A program made the position numbers and the translations under genes. Below the pieces are notes generated by a model, which was not told the origin of the DNA, searched no databases, and worked only from the letters and a program-made list of their open reading frames with translations. From an uncultured Gemmatimonadales bacterium (GTDB lineage: Bacteria; Gemmatimonadota; Gemmatimonadetes; Gemmatimonadales; GWC2-71-9), in the NCBI GenBank assembly GCA_963728915.1, contig CAVSLV010000001.1, positions 1,024,001-1,088,000 on the forward strand: DNA of 64,000 nucleotides, given 5' to 3'. This document shows positions 1 to 13,394 of this stretch, piece after piece (position 1 is the first letter of the stretch; each line of letters begins with the position of its first letter).

Positions 1-1
1 G

Positions 2-910
2 GAGCTATCCCATCGGATCAGCTCGCTTCGATTTCTGGGCTGCAAGGGAACCACCGGGACCCAGGCCTCTTTTCTCGAGCTGTTTGGGGGAGAGCACGCC
101 AAGGTGGTCCAGCTCGACAGGCTGGTGGCGGCCCGCCTCGGATTCGACCGGGTCTTTCCGGTTTCCGGCCAGACGTATCCTCGCAAGACGGACAGTACGG
201 TGGTGGATGTACTCTCCGGCATCGCCCAGTCCGCCGCGAAGATGTCGGGGGATCTCCGGTTGCTGCAGCATGAAGGAGAGCTTCTCGAGCCGTTCGAATC
301 GGAGCAGATCGGCTCGAGCGCAATGGCCTACAAGCGAAACCCGATGCGGTCGGAGCGGATCGGCGGGCTCGCACGATTCCTGATCTCTCTGCAGCAGAAT
401 CCGGCGCAGACCGCGGCGAGCCAGTGGCTCGAGCGGACCCTGGATGACAGCGCGAACCGGCGACTGGTGCTTCCGGAAGCGTTTCTGTCCGCGGACGCGA
501 TTCTCATCCTCGCCACCAACGTGATCGCCGGGCTCGAGGTTCGCGACGCCGTCATCGCGCGGAACGTCGCGACCCAGATGCCCTTCATGGCGACGGAGCG
601 CTGGCTGATGCTCGGCGTGGCTGCCGGGGGCGACCGCCAGACCCTGCACGAGGTCATCCGGCGCCTCAGCCTGGAAACCGCCGAGGCCGTCAGTGCCGGG
701 AAGCCGAACGACCTGCTGGCCCGGCTTTCCGCCGATCCGGGGTTCAAGGCCGTCCCCACCCGCCAACTGGCCGCCGAGCTGGACCCGGTCCGATACACCG
801 GCCGGTCGGCGGCACAAGTCGAAGAGTTCCTCCGCGAGGATCTCGAGCCACTGCTGACTCGAGTTGCCCCTCTGGCCGCCACCGCCCCCACCGAAGAGGT
901 GCGCGTGTGA
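2..910 (+). CDS. purB: Adenylosuccinate lyase (5' end outside window)
   Basis: Frame open from base 2 ([28 protein letters not shown]); fumarate-lyase signature [25 protein letters not shown]; stop overlaps the purC start. Confidence 0.95.
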   Translation, partial: ELSHRISSLRFLGCKGTTGTQASFLELFGGEHAKVVQLDRLVAARLGFDRVFPVSGQTYPRKTDSTVVDVLSGIAQSAAKMSGDLRLLQHEGELLEPFESEQIGSSAMAYKRNPMRSERIGGLARFLISLQQNPAQTAASQWLERTLDDSANRRLVLPEAFLSADAILILATNVIAGLEVRDAVIARNVATQMPFMATERWLMLGVAAGGDRQTLHEVIRRLSLETAEAVSAGKPNDLLARLSADPGFKAVPTRQLAAELDPVRYTGRSAAQVEEFLREDLEPLLTRVAPLAATAPTEEVRV

Positions 911-1830
911 CCCACGTCATCAGTCAAAGCAAGCTTCCCCTGCCAGTGCTTCGTCGCGGCAAGGTCCGCGAGGTGTACGAGGTCGACGATGCCCGATTGC
1001 TGCTCGTTGCGAGCGACCGGGTCAGCGCCTTCGATGTCGTCATGAACGAGGCGGTCCCCTGGAAAGGCGCCGTGCTCACCCAGCTCAGCGCCTTCTGGTT
1101 CCGGAAGTTTGGTTCGCTCGGGCCCAATCATTTCCTGAGCGCCGACCCAGACGAGATCGCGCGCGAGCTGCCGGCCCTGGATCGGCATCGCGACAGTTTC
1201 GCCGGCCGGGCCATGCTGGTCCGACGAACCGAGCCGGTGCCGTTCGAATGCGTGGTTCGCGGCTACATCACCGGGTCGGCATGGAAGGAATACAAGGCGT
1301 CGGGGACCCTCGCCGGCGAGGACTTGCCGGTCGGCATGGTCGAGAGCGATCGGTTTCCTCAGCCGATGTTCTCGCCCGCCACGAAAGCCGAGACCGGCCA
1401 CGACCAGAATGTCACCGAAAGCACCCTCCGGGCTGCGCTCGGGGACGAGCGGGCCCGGGCGTTACGCGATCGGAGCCTCGCCCTCTACAGCGCCGGCGAA
1501 CGGCACGCCGAATCCTGCGGCATCATTGTGGCCGACACCAAGTTCGAGTTCGGCGTCGGCCCGGACCAGTCGCTCGTGCTCATCGATGAGGTCCTCACCC
1601 CGGATTCCTCCCGCTTCTGGCCCAAGGATCGCTACCTGCCGGGGCGAACCCAGCCGAGCTTCGACAAACAGCCGCTGCGGGACTATCTCGACGGACTTCG
1701 TCGGGAAGGCCGCTGGAACGGGGAAGCCCCGCCTCCCCCTCTCCCGGCGGAAGTCGTGGCGGCCACCAGCGCTCGCTATCTCGAGGCGTACCGTCGGCTC
1801 GCGGGGGCCGGGTTGCCGGGAGCGTCGTGA
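907..1830 (+). CDS. purC: SAICAR synthetase
   Basis: [47 protein letters not shown] motifs. Confidence 0.96.
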   Translation: MTHVISQSKLPLPVLRRGKVREVYEVDDARLLLVASDRVSAFDVVMNEAVPWKGAVLTQLSAFWFRKFGSLGPNHFLSADPDEIARELPALDRHRDSFAGRAMLVRRTEPVPFECVVRGYITGSAWKEYKASGTLAGEDLPVGMVESDRFPQPMFSPATKAETGHDQNVTESTLRAALGDERARALRDRSLALYSAGERHAESCGIIVADTKFEFGVGPDQSLVLIDEVLTPDSSRFWPKDRYLPGRTQPSFDKQPLRDYLDGLRREGRWNGEAPPPPLPAEVVAATSARYLEAYRRLAGAGLPGAS

Positions 1831-2459
1831 TCCGGATCGCCCCGGAAGGCCGCCTGTTCATCCTGGCGGCCTGGCTCATTCTGGTGGTCCTGGCGCTGCT
1901 GCATTGGTGGATCGCCGCCCTCTGGCTGCCCATCGCGGTCTGGACCGTGGTTTTCTTTCGTGATCCGGTGCGGGACGGCCCCCGGGGCGATGACCTGATC
2001 ATCGCTCCGGCCGACGGGCTGGTGGTCAGCGTGATTCCGGTGGACGAGCCGGCGTTCCTCAAGCAGGCTGCGACCCGGGTTTCCATTTTCATGAACGTGG
2101 TCAACGTGCACGTCAACCGGTATCCTGCCAGCGGACGGCTGCGCTATCGGCAGTATTCGAAAGGCGCGTTCGGCCATGCCATGGCGGAGAAAGCCTCGAC
2201 CAGCAATGAACAGAGCTCGGTCGGCATTGAAACGTCCCGCGGCCGCCTCCTGGTCCGCCAGATCGCCGGGTCGATCGCCCGCCGCATCGTCACCGACGAC
2301 ATCGAGGGCGCCGAGGTGCGCCAGGGAGACCGCATGGGGATGATTCGTTTCGGATCCCGGGTCGATCTCTTCGCGCCGGTCTCGGTTGAGGTGCTCGTGA
2401 AGGAAGGCGACCGGACCAAAGCGGGCCTGACCGTGCTGGCGCGGTGGGCAAAGGCATGA
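1827..2459 (+). CDS. psd: Phosphatidylserine decarboxylase proenzyme (short type)
   Basis: [22 protein letters not shown], self-cleavage motif RFGSRVD; adjacent to pssA. Confidence 0.92.
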   Translation: MIRIAPEGRLFILAAWLILVVLALLHWWIAALWLPIAVWTVVFFRDPVRDGPRGDDLIIAPADGLVVSVIPVDEPAFLKQAATRVSIFMNVVNVHVNRYPASGRLRYRQYSKGAFGHAMAEKASTSNEQSSVGIETSRGRLLVRQIAGSIARRIVTDDIEGAEVRQGDRMGMIRFGSRVDLFAPVSVEVLVKEGDRTKAGLTVLARWAKA

Positions 2460-3217
2460 CGGAACCGTCGTCGCGCGAGGGACTCAAGCGGGTCGTGGTG
2501 GTCATTCCCAGCGCCTTTACCCTGGGCAACCTGTTCTTCGGGTTCTGGTCGATCATCTCCGCGTTCAACGGGAATTTCCGCCAGGCCGGCTGGTTCATCC
2601 TGTATGCCGCCATGCTCGATTCGCTGGACGGGCGGGTGGCCCGGCGTATGGGCACGGGGAGCCGGTTCGGAGCGGAGCTGGATTCCCTGGTCGACGTGGT
2701 CTCGTTCGGAGTCGCGCCCGCCTTGCTGATCTACCTGCTGGAATTCTCCACCGCGGGACGGTTCGGCTGGGTTGTCTGCTTCATCTTCGTGGTAACCGCG
2801 GCGCTCCGGCTTGCCCGGTTCAACGTGCTGGCTCACGGCAAGCCACACTCCACCTGGTTCCTGGGGCTCCCGGTTCCCGCGGCGGGAACCACGCTCGCGC
2901 TCTTTTATGCCTTCAGTCAGACCGAGGCGTATCGGCGATCACTGGCCTATCTCGACCTCTCACACCAGGGCCTGGTCTTCCTGCTCCTGCTGCTCTCCGC
3001 CCTCATGGTGAGCCGGGTCGAATACCCCAGAGGCTGGCCGGCCCACACTCGATCCCTGGGCGGGATTCTCGGCCTGGTGCTGGTGCTCGGTATCATTGCC
3101 GCGATGCTGATCCGGCCGACCGTGTTCGGATTCCCCATCGTGCTCGGGTATGTCACCTTCGGGGTGCTTCGCCACGGATACCTGCTGTTCCGTGAGCGCG
3201 GGGAGGAGGGCGAATGA
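2456..3217 (+). CDS. pssA: CDP-diacylglycerol--serine O-phosphatidyltransferase
   Basis: CDP-alcohol phosphotransferase motif DSLDGRVAR...FGAELDSLVDVVSFGVAPA; LRLARFN; FLGLPVP; ATGA overlap with psd. Confidence 0.92.
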   Translation: MTEPSSREGLKRVVVVIPSAFTLGNLFFGFWSIISAFNGNFRQAGWFILYAAMLDSLDGRVARRMGTGSRFGAELDSLVDVVSFGVAPALLIYLLEFSTAGRFGWVVCFIFVVTAALRLARFNVLAHGKPHSTWFLGLPVPAAGTTLALFYAFSQTEAYRRSLAYLDLSHQGLVFLLLLLSALMVSRVEYPRGWPAHTRSLGGILGLVLVLGIIAAMLIRPTVFGFPIVLGYVTFGVLRHGYLLFRERGEEGE

Positions 3218-3468
3218 CCTGGCGGGTTCATGTGCGCATCCTTCCCCGCGCCGGCCTCCGCGACCCGCAGGGACAGGCCATCGAGCATGCCCTCGGCGCG
3301 CTGCAATTCGCCGAGGCGTCCAACGTGCACGTGGGCAAGGCGATCTCCCTCGATGTGACCGCCGAGAGCCGGGAGGACGCCATCCGCCGGGTCCGCGAGA
3401 TGTGCGACCGGTTGCTGGCGAATCCGGTCACCGAGGACTACCAGATCGAGGCGGAGGCCTCGACCTGA
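3214..3468 (+). CDS. purS: FGAM synthase subunit PurS
   Basis: DPQGQAI, VGK and LLANPVTEDY motifs; 84 aa. Confidence 0.95.
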   Translation: MTWRVHVRILPRAGLRDPQGQAIEHALGALQFAEASNVHVGKAISLDVTAESREDAIRRVREMCDRLLANPVTEDYQIEAEAST

Positions 3469-4172
3469 TGCGGGTCGCGGTGATCCGGTTTCCCGGGAGC
3501 AACTGCGAGGTGGAGACCTGCCGCGCCATCATTCGGGCCGGCGGGGACGCCGTCCTCCTGTCCTACCGGACCAGCGAGCTGTCCGGAATCGAGGCGGTGA
3601 TTCTGCCAGGCGGGTTCAGCTACGGCGACTACCTTCGCAGTGGCGCGATCGCCCGGTTCAGCCCGGTGATGCTCCCGATTCGCGACCTCGCCGATCGGGG
3701 GGCGCCGGTGCTGGGGATCTGCAATGGGTTTCAAATCCTCTGTGAAGCCGGCCTGCTTCCCGGCGCGCTGGTACGAAACGCCTCTCTGCGATACCTCTCC
3801 CGGCCGGTGACGGTCCGGGTCGACCGAAACGATACGCCCTTCACCAACGACTACCGTGAGGGAGAGTTGCTCACCGTCCCGATCGGCCATGGAGACGGCC
3901 GATTCGTCGCCGCCGACTCCGAGCTCGACGACCTCCAGGCCCGCCGACAGGTGGTACTCCGTTACGCTGGGACCGATTTCCCCGATGCCCCCGCCAACCC
4001 CAACGGGTCGCTTCGGAACATCGCCGGGATCTGCAATGCGGCGGGAAACGTGGTCGGCATGATGCCCCACCCCGAGCGGCTCTTCGATCCAATCCAGGGA
4101 CCCGCCTCCGGCTCCCGGGTGTTCAGCTCGCTGGTGCATTCCCTGAGCCACGCGGTGTCCTCGGATCGCTGA
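3468..4172 (+). CDS. purQ: FGAM synthase glutaminase subunit PurQ
   Basis: FPGSNC, PGGFSYGDYLRSGA, LGICNGFQIL, GMMPHPER; ATG overlaps purS TGA (TGATG). Confidence 0.96.
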   Translation: MRVAVIRFPGSNCEVETCRAIIRAGGDAVLLSYRTSELSGIEAVILPGGFSYGDYLRSGAIARFSPVMLPIRDLADRGAPVLGICNGFQILCEAGLLPGALVRNASLRYLSRPVTVRVDRNDTPFTNDYREGELLTVPIGHGDGRFVAADSELDDLQARRQVVLRYAGTDFPDAPANPNGSLRNIAGICNAAGNVVGMMPHPERLFDPIQGPASGSRVFSSLVHSLSHAVSSDR

Positions 4173-4246
4173 CCCGGGAGGCGTGATCCGGTTATTTTTG
4201 ATGCTTGTTCAGATGCATCGACACGAACGGAGACTCCGGTACCAAG

Positions 4247-4570
4247 ATGTCCGATAAGCCAAGCCGAAACGAAGAAGAGTACTTCGCGCGGGAAGACGCC
4301 GAGCGGATTCAGAAGCTCCATGCGAAGCAGGTGGCCGCCGATGATGCCCGGGAGCGACGCTCTCATTTCATGAAATGCCCCAAGTGCGGCGCCGACCTTC
4401 ACACCGAAACCTTCCATGGAGTTCAGATCGATCGGTGCCCCGAATGTCACGGCGTCTGGCTGGATCACGGTGAGGTCGACCAGCTGATGAAGCATGAAGA
4501 CCCCGGCGTGCTTCGCCGCGTTTTCGGCGATGTGGCGGCCTCGGTCCGGAAGCTCCGGGCCACGCCGTGA
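4247..4570 (+). CDS. Small zinc-ribbon (zf-TFIIB-like) protein with N-terminal charged helix
   Basis: MKCPKC...[15 protein letters not shown] zinc ribbon; ATG at 4247; GTGA overlap with purL. Confidence 0.8.
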   Translation: MSDKPSRNEEEYFAREDAERIQKLHAKQVAADDARERRSHFMKCPKCGADLHTETFHGVQIDRCPECHGVWLDHGEVDQLMKHEDPGVLRRVFGDVAASVRKLRATP

Positions 4571-6893
4571 CCCCCACGGCCGTTCTCCCTGAGGCCGTCC
4601 CCTTCCCTGGCGAACGCGCGGTAACTCCGGACCTGATCCGCGAGCACAACCTCAACCGGCACGAATACGACGAAATCCTGGCGATGCTGGGCCGCACGCC
4701 GACGCTCACCGAGCTGGGCATTTTTTCGGCGCTCTGGTCCGAGCATTGTTCCTACAAACACACCAAGCCGGTGCTCCGGACCTTTCCGACCCATGGTCCC
4801 GCCGTCCTCCAGGGCCCGGGGAAAACGCCGGAGTGCTCCGCCTCCCGAACGGCTGGGCTGTCGCCTTCAAAATCGAGTCCCACAACCACCCCAGCGCGGT
4901 TGAGCCGTATCAGGGTGCGGCGACCGGAGTCGGCGGAATCCTGCGCGATGTCTTCACCATGGGAGCCCGTCCCGTCGCGGTGCTGAACTCTCTGCGCCTT
5001 GGACCGCTCGACGACGCCCGGAACCGCTATCTCTTCGGGGGGATCGTCAAGGGGGTGGGCGATTACGGAAACTGTGTCGGGGTGCCAACCCTGGGAGGCG
5101 AAGTGGCCTTCGCTCCGGGGTATTCCGGCAATCCCCTGGTGAACGCGATGTGCGTGGGCCTCCTCCGGGAGGAGGATCTCACGCGCGCCCGGGCTCAGGG
5201 TGTTGGCAATATCCTCCTCGCCATGGGCGCCAGCACCGGTCGAGACGGCATCCACGGGGCAAGCTTCGCTTCCGAGGAGCTTTCCACCAAGAGCGAGCAG
5301 CGCCGTCCCCAGGTCCAGGTCGGCGACCCCTTCACGGAAAAGCTCCTTCTCGAAGCCACCCTGGAGCTCATTGAGTCGGGCCTGGTCGTGGCGATCCAGG
5401 ACATGGGTGCCGCCGGACTCACCAGCTCCTCCGCGGAGATGGCGGCGCGAGGCGGCGTGGGCGTCGAGCTCGAGACCGATCGAGTGCCGCTCCGCGAGGC
5501 CGGCATGACTCCCTACGAGATCATGCTCTCGGAATCGCAGGAGCGCATGCTGGTGGTCGCCGAACCGGATCGCGTGGCCGACATCCAGGCGGTTTGCGCC
5601 AAATGGGACCTGCCGGCCATCCCGATCGGACGGGTTACCGACGATGGGGTCTTTCGGGTGGTGCACCACGGCCAGTGCGTGGCTGCCATCCCTGCCCAGC
5701 GCCTCGTGGATGGATGCCCGATCTATCACCCGGTCGCCCGGGAAGACCCCGCCATATCCGCGACCCGGCAGGCGGTACCGACCGAGTCGCCGCGGGCGGA
5801 TGCGCTGGGAGCGCTTCCTCTGCTGCTCGATGACCCGACCATCGCGAGCAAACGGTGGGTGTACGAGCAGTACGACTCGACCGTCCAGGGCGCCACGGTC
5901 ATCCAGCCCGGCGGGGATGCCGGCGTGTTCCTGGTGCCGGGAGAGACCTTCGGGGTGGCGGTGACCGTGGACGGCAACCAACGCTATGTCGCGCTGGATC
6001 CGTTCGAGGGGGGAAAGGCCGCGGTGGCAGAGGCGGCCCGAAACATCGCCTGCGCCGGCGCGATCCCCCTCGGGATTACCGATTGCCTCAACTTCGGCAA
6101 TCCCGAGAAGCCCGGAGTGTTTTACCAGTTTCGCGAGGCCTGCCGGGGGATCAGCGAAGCCTGCCGGGTTTTCGAGACCCCGGTCACCGGGGGCAACGTT
6201 TCCCTGTATAACGAGAGTCCGGGCGGCGCGATCGACCCCACCCCGGTCGTCGGGATGGTCGGGCTCCTCCCCGAGGTCCACCGCCGGGTCCCCAGCCATT
6301 TCCAGGAATCCGGCGATCTGATCGTGCTGCTCGGCCTAACCCGCGGCCACCTGGGAGGATCGAGCTATTGGGAGGTGGTCCGGACCTTCACCGGCGGTCC
6401 GCCTCCCCCGGTCGACCTGGCGGTGGAGCGGAACCTCCAGGGGTTCCTCGCGGCGGCGTCCCGGGAGAGGCTCCTCCACTCCGCCCACGACTGCTCGGAG
6501 GGCGGGCTCGCCGTGGCTCTCGCCGAGTGTTGTATCGGTCCTCCCTATGTGGAGCGACCCCTGGGCGCCTGGATCGAGCTGACCAGGGCCCGAGGAACCC
6601 CTGAAGCGATTCTCTACGGAGAAGACATGGGGCGCGTCATCCTGAGCTGCGGAGCGGATGACCTTCCCGCTCTCCGTCGCCTCGCCGGCGAATTCCGGGT
6701 TCCGGTCGAGGGAGCCGGCCGGGTGGGATACGCCGGAGGGCAGTTGGAGATCCGGCTCACCGGCGGCAGCCCCGCCTTCGCGTGGCCGGTCATCGAGCTT
6801 CGGAAGATCTATCTCGACGCGCTTCCCCGCAGGATGAACCGCGCCGAAGCGGACTCCCCGTCCGCCGATCCGCCTGCCCGCCGGTCCGCCTGA
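4567..6893 (+). CDS. purL: FGAM synthase subunit PurL, interrupted by a 1-nt frameshift at ~4818-4825
   Basis: The frame from 4567 gives [14 protein letters not shown]; the -1 frame continues [51 protein letters not shown]. One G is missing from CCGGGGAAAAC. Confidence 0.93.
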
Positions 6894-6894
6894 C

Positions 6895-8264
6895 ATGTGC
6901 GGGATCATCGGCGTCTCGGCCATTCACGATGCGGCGCGGGTCGCCTATCTCGGACTCTATGCCCTTCAGCACCGCGGCCAGGAGAGCGCCGGCCTCGTCA
7001 CCGTGGACGGTGGCGGGACCTCCCACAGTCACCGCGGCATGGGACTGGTGAACGATGTCTTCCAGGAACGGGATTTCGGCGACCTGCCCGGCGACGTGGC
7101 GATCGGCCACACCCGGTACTCCACCACCGGAAGCTCGGTGCTGACCAACGCGCAGCCCTGCCTCGCCAACTATCGCTGCGGCCCGCTCGCCCTGGCCCAC
7201 AACGGCAATCTCACCAACGCGACCGAACTGAAACGCGAGCTGGTCGCACAGGGAGCGATCTTTCAATCCTCCTCGGATTCCGAAGTCATCGTTCACCTGA
7301 TCGCCCGGTCCAAAGCCGCTGATCCCGAGGCCCAGATCCGTGAAGCGCTGGAACGCCTCGAAGGGGCATTCAGCCTGGTCCTCGCCGTGGGCCGAACCCT
7401 CTACTGCGTCGTCGATCCTCGCGGGTTTCGCCCCCTGGTGCTTGGCCGGCTGGGCGACGGAATGATCGCCGCCTCGGAAACCTGCGCCTTGGATCTGGTC
7501 GGCGCGTCGGTGGTGCGCGAGCTCCGGCCCGGGGAGTTCGTTCGGATCAGCAATGGCGTGCTCAAGAACCTGGAACCCCTGCCGCCCAAGCCAGCCAGCC
7601 GATGCATCTTCGAGCTGGTCTATTTCGCTCGACCCGACAGCATCGTCTTCGGCGAGTCGGTCGACCGGGTGCGGCGTGAGCTGGGCCGGCAGCTCGCCAT
7701 CGAGCACCCTTCTCCCGGCGCCGAGCTGGTGATGAGCGTCCCGGATTCGAGCAATGCGATGGCGCTGGGCTACGCCGAGCAGAGCGGGGTCAAGCTCGAG
7801 CACGGATTGATTCGCAACCACTACGTGGGACGGACCTTCATCAACCCGACCCAGGCTCTCCGGGTCGCCAAGGTCAGAATCAAGTTCAACCCGGTGAAGG
7901 AGGTTCTCGCCGGACGATCCGTCGTGGTGGTCGATGACAGCCTGGTGCGCGGCACCACCAGCAAGGGCCTGGTGCAGATGATCCGGGCGGCCGGGGCGAG
8001 GGAGGTGCACCTTCGACTGGCGTCCCACCCGATCACCGGTCCGTGTTACTACGGCATCGATACGCCGACCCGGGAGGAGCTCATCGCGGCGACCCACTCC
8101 GTCGACGAAATCCGGGACTTTCTCGGGGTGGATTCCCTGGGCTACCTCTCCCTCGATGGCATGCACCGTGCTGCGGGCATGGGTAACAAGTTCTGTGATG
8201 CATGTTTCTCGGGCCGATACCCCACTCCGATGGGGAATGGCGCCACGAACGGCGGAGGACCGGA

Positions 8265-8268
<4 letters not shown>
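6895..8268 (+). CDS. purF: Amidophosphoribosyltransferase
   Basis: N-terminal MCG, LQHRGQE, GHTRYST, PRPP motif VVVDDSLVRGTTS, Fe-S-type Cys (CIFE, CYYGID, CDAC). Confidence 0.97.
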
Positions 8269-10934
<2,666 letters not shown>

Positions 10935-10936
10935 AA

Positions 10937-13141
10937 TCAGGCAGTGGCCTGCCGCCGCTGCCGGGCCCGCAGGTACTCGCTGAACATGTGCACCGGGGCG
11001 GGTCGCCCCAGCAGATAGCCCTGGGCTTTCTCGCAACCGCGGGCTCGCAGGAAATCGGCCTGCTCCCGGGTTTCCACCCCTTCCGCCACGACCTCGAGCT
11101 CCATCGCCTTGCCGAGCGCAATGATCGCGGTCGCGATCGTCACCGCATCCGGGTTGGCCGGCACGTCGACGATGAACGACCGATCGATCTTGAGGGTGGA
11201 CACCGGGAAGTTCTTGAGGTAGCTGAGCGAGGAATATCCGGTGCCGAAGTCGTCGATCGCGAGCGTGATCCCGAGCTCGGCCAGCTCCCGGAGGCGTCGC
11301 TCGACCACCGACCCCTGCTCCATCAGCATGGATTCGGTCAGCTCGATCATGAGCTGCCCGGGACGGGCTCCGGTGTCGTGCAGCGTGTCCTGGACCGTCC
11401 GCACGATTCCGGGCTGGCGGAGCTGCCGGGCCGAGAAATTCACCGAGAGAACCAGCTCGCTGAATCCTTCCATCTCCCAGCGGCGGGCCTGAGCGCACAC
11501 CGACCGGAGCGACCATTCGCCCAGCGGAACGATGAGTCCTGATTCCTCGCAGAGCTGGATGAACTCGGCGGGCGAGACCAATCCGCGATCCGGATGATCC
11601 CACCGTACCAGGGCCTCCGCGGCCGTCACCGAACGGGTACGCAGGTCGAAGACCGGCTGATACCAGAGCGTGAATTCACCATGATCCACCGCGATGCGAA
11701 GCTCCCGCTCCAGACGCAGCCGGCCGACCGCATCGGCGTTCATCTTGGGCGCATAGCGCTGAATCGTGTTGCGACCCTCCTTCTTGGCCAGCGAGAGCGC
11801 CACGTCGGCGTTCTTGTGAAGGGTCTCCGAATCGAGGCCATCCTCGGGATGGATGGCGATTCCGATGGACGCGGTCGCGAAGATCTCCTGGCTTCCCAGC
11901 CGGATCGGTTCCTGGAGGACGTTGAGGGCACGCCGGGCCAGGTGTTCCGCGGTATCCGGATGGTCCAGGTCGGGGATGATGATGGCGAACTCGTCGCCAC
12001 CCAGGCGGGCCGCTTGCATCCCGCGCACTTCATCCCAGGTCGATTCCGGGCCCTGACGCTGGTCCCCAGGACGGCACAGAAGATCGAGCCGCGAGCTGAC
12101 TTCCCGGATCAGGTCGTCGCCGGCCGCGGGGCCGAGGGTATCGTTGATCCGGCCGAAGTGATCGATATCGAGGGAGCACACCGCGACCCTTCGCCCCAGG
12201 GGGCGGGCCCGCCCGATCGCCTGGCCCAGGCGTTCCCGGTAGAGCATGCGGTTGGGAAGGCGGGTCAGGCCGTCGTAGAAGGCCAGGGCACGAACCTGGT
12301 CCATCATCCGGGAATTGCCGAGGGCGCGAGCCACCCGGTCCGCCAGTCGCCGGAATCCCTGGAGTGCGGTCGGATTGGATTTGCCAGGCGACTCCACTGC
12401 CAGCATGCCAATCAGCTCACCCGCCTCATGCAACGGACAGGCAAAGATGACGCCCCGTCCGGTAGAGCGGTGGGGAGTGAGATACCGCGGGAGGTTGTCC
12501 CGGGGAGCGAAGGTGATCCACTCCGGATGCTCCCGGGCAAGGTCAACGTCATCCGGAACGATGTCCGTGGTGACCATGCGCCGGGACGTCAGTCCGTCGC
12601 CCGATGCTACCCAGGTGGTCGCGTCCCGCTCGTTCTGGGTCCCGGCCACCGTGAGGCTTGCCGTCCGGCAGGGAAATATGCCCGGCAGGAAATCGAGGAC
12701 CAGCTGAGCAATACTGGCGGTGTCGAGGGTCGAGAGGATGGCCCGGTCCATCTCGCGGTCCCGCTCCACCAGAGCCGCCCGCCGCTCAAGCGAGGAGCTC
12801 GTGGCGTTGATGGCCAGTCCGAGCGCGGCCATCCGGTGATCCTGTCCCGCCACCGCAATGGGGAGGTCGTATTGGCCGGCCGAGAGCCGGTACGCCCCCT
12901 GGAGGATCCGGACATGCGAGACCATGGAGCGATGGACCTCCCGCAGTCCAAACAGAGCGCCAACGAGGAGGACGATACCGATCGCGCCGAGCACCGCCCG
13001 GTCCGCCCAGCCCATCGCGGCAAGCCCGGCTGTCCCGGCGCCAACGAGCAGCAGGGCCAGGAGCCACCGCCCCGGGCGGCCGGTAATGAGGTGCCACAAT
13101 GAAGGCGGGTACTCCGCGGACCAGGAACTTTCGACACTCAT
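10937..13141 (-). CDS. Membrane-anchored GAF-GGDEF-EAL c-di-GMP enzyme
   Basis: Two N-terminal hydrophobic helices, GAF-like middle, DGLTRLPNR, ARLGGDEF, EALVRW, DDFGTGYSSLSYL, LKIDRSF, VAEGVE. Confidence 0.92.
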   Translation of the reverse strand: MSVESSWSAEYPPSLWHLITGRPGRWLLALLLVGAGTAGLAAMGWADRAVLGAIGIVLLVGALFGLREVHRSMVSHVRILQGAYRLSAGQYDLPIAVAGQDHRMAALGLAINATSSSLERRAALVERDREMDRAILSTLDTASIAQLVLDFLPGIFPCRTASLTVAGTQNERDATTWVASGDGLTSRRMVTTDIVPDDVDLAREHPEWITFAPRDNLPRYLTPHRSTGRGVIFACPLHEAGELIGMLAVESPGKSNPTALQGFRRLADRVARALGNSRMMDQVRALAFYDGLTRLPNRMLYRERLGQAIGRARPLGRRVAVCSLDIDHFGRINDTLGPAAGDDLIREVSSRLDLLCRPGDQRQGPESTWDEVRGMQAARLGGDEFAIIIPDLDHPDTAEHLARRALNVLQEPIRLGSQEIFATASIGIAIHPEDGLDSETLHKNADVALSLAKKEGRNTIQRYAPKMNADAVGRLRLERELRIAVDHGEFTLWYQPVFDLRTRSVTAAEALVRWDHPDRGLVSPAEFIQLCEESGLIVPLGEWSLRSVCAQARRWEMEGFSELVLSVNFSARQLRQPGIVRTVQDTLHDTGARPGQLMIELTESMLMEQGSVVERRLRELAELGITLAIDDFGTGYSSLSYLKNFPVSTLKIDRSFIVDVPANPDAVTIATAIIALGKAMELEVVAEGVETREQADFLRARGCEKAQGYLLGRPAPVHMFSEYLRARQRRQATA

Positions 13142-13394
13142 AGGGAAAGTCAGCAGTAAGCAACCGTCAGGCCAGCCCCGGGTGAAGGACGGAACTCACG
13201 TCGGGGCAATCAGTTAGGATGATTCAGGATCCGGATCTTCAGCGCTCCTTCCCGGTGACTTCATTCCGGACGCAACAAATGGGGTATCCGGCCATCCGGT
13301 CGATTCCGGACTGGCGGGAGGGTGCTCTTATCTTTTGCGCTTCCGCCCCCGAGGGGGCCCCCGCCCCGACCCTGAACCGGAGCAGCCTCTGCCA

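Noticed and set aside
4746..4820. ORF-track start of the 715-aa PurL ORF (MFLQTHQ...)
   Set aside because: These residues are not PurL-like; the true N-terminus is in the 4567 frame.
13142..13394. Purine, ZTP or c-di-GMP riboswitch upstream of purE or the GGDEF-EAL gene
   Set aside because: Could not match the consensus elements by eye; an Rfam scan would be needed to exclude it fully.
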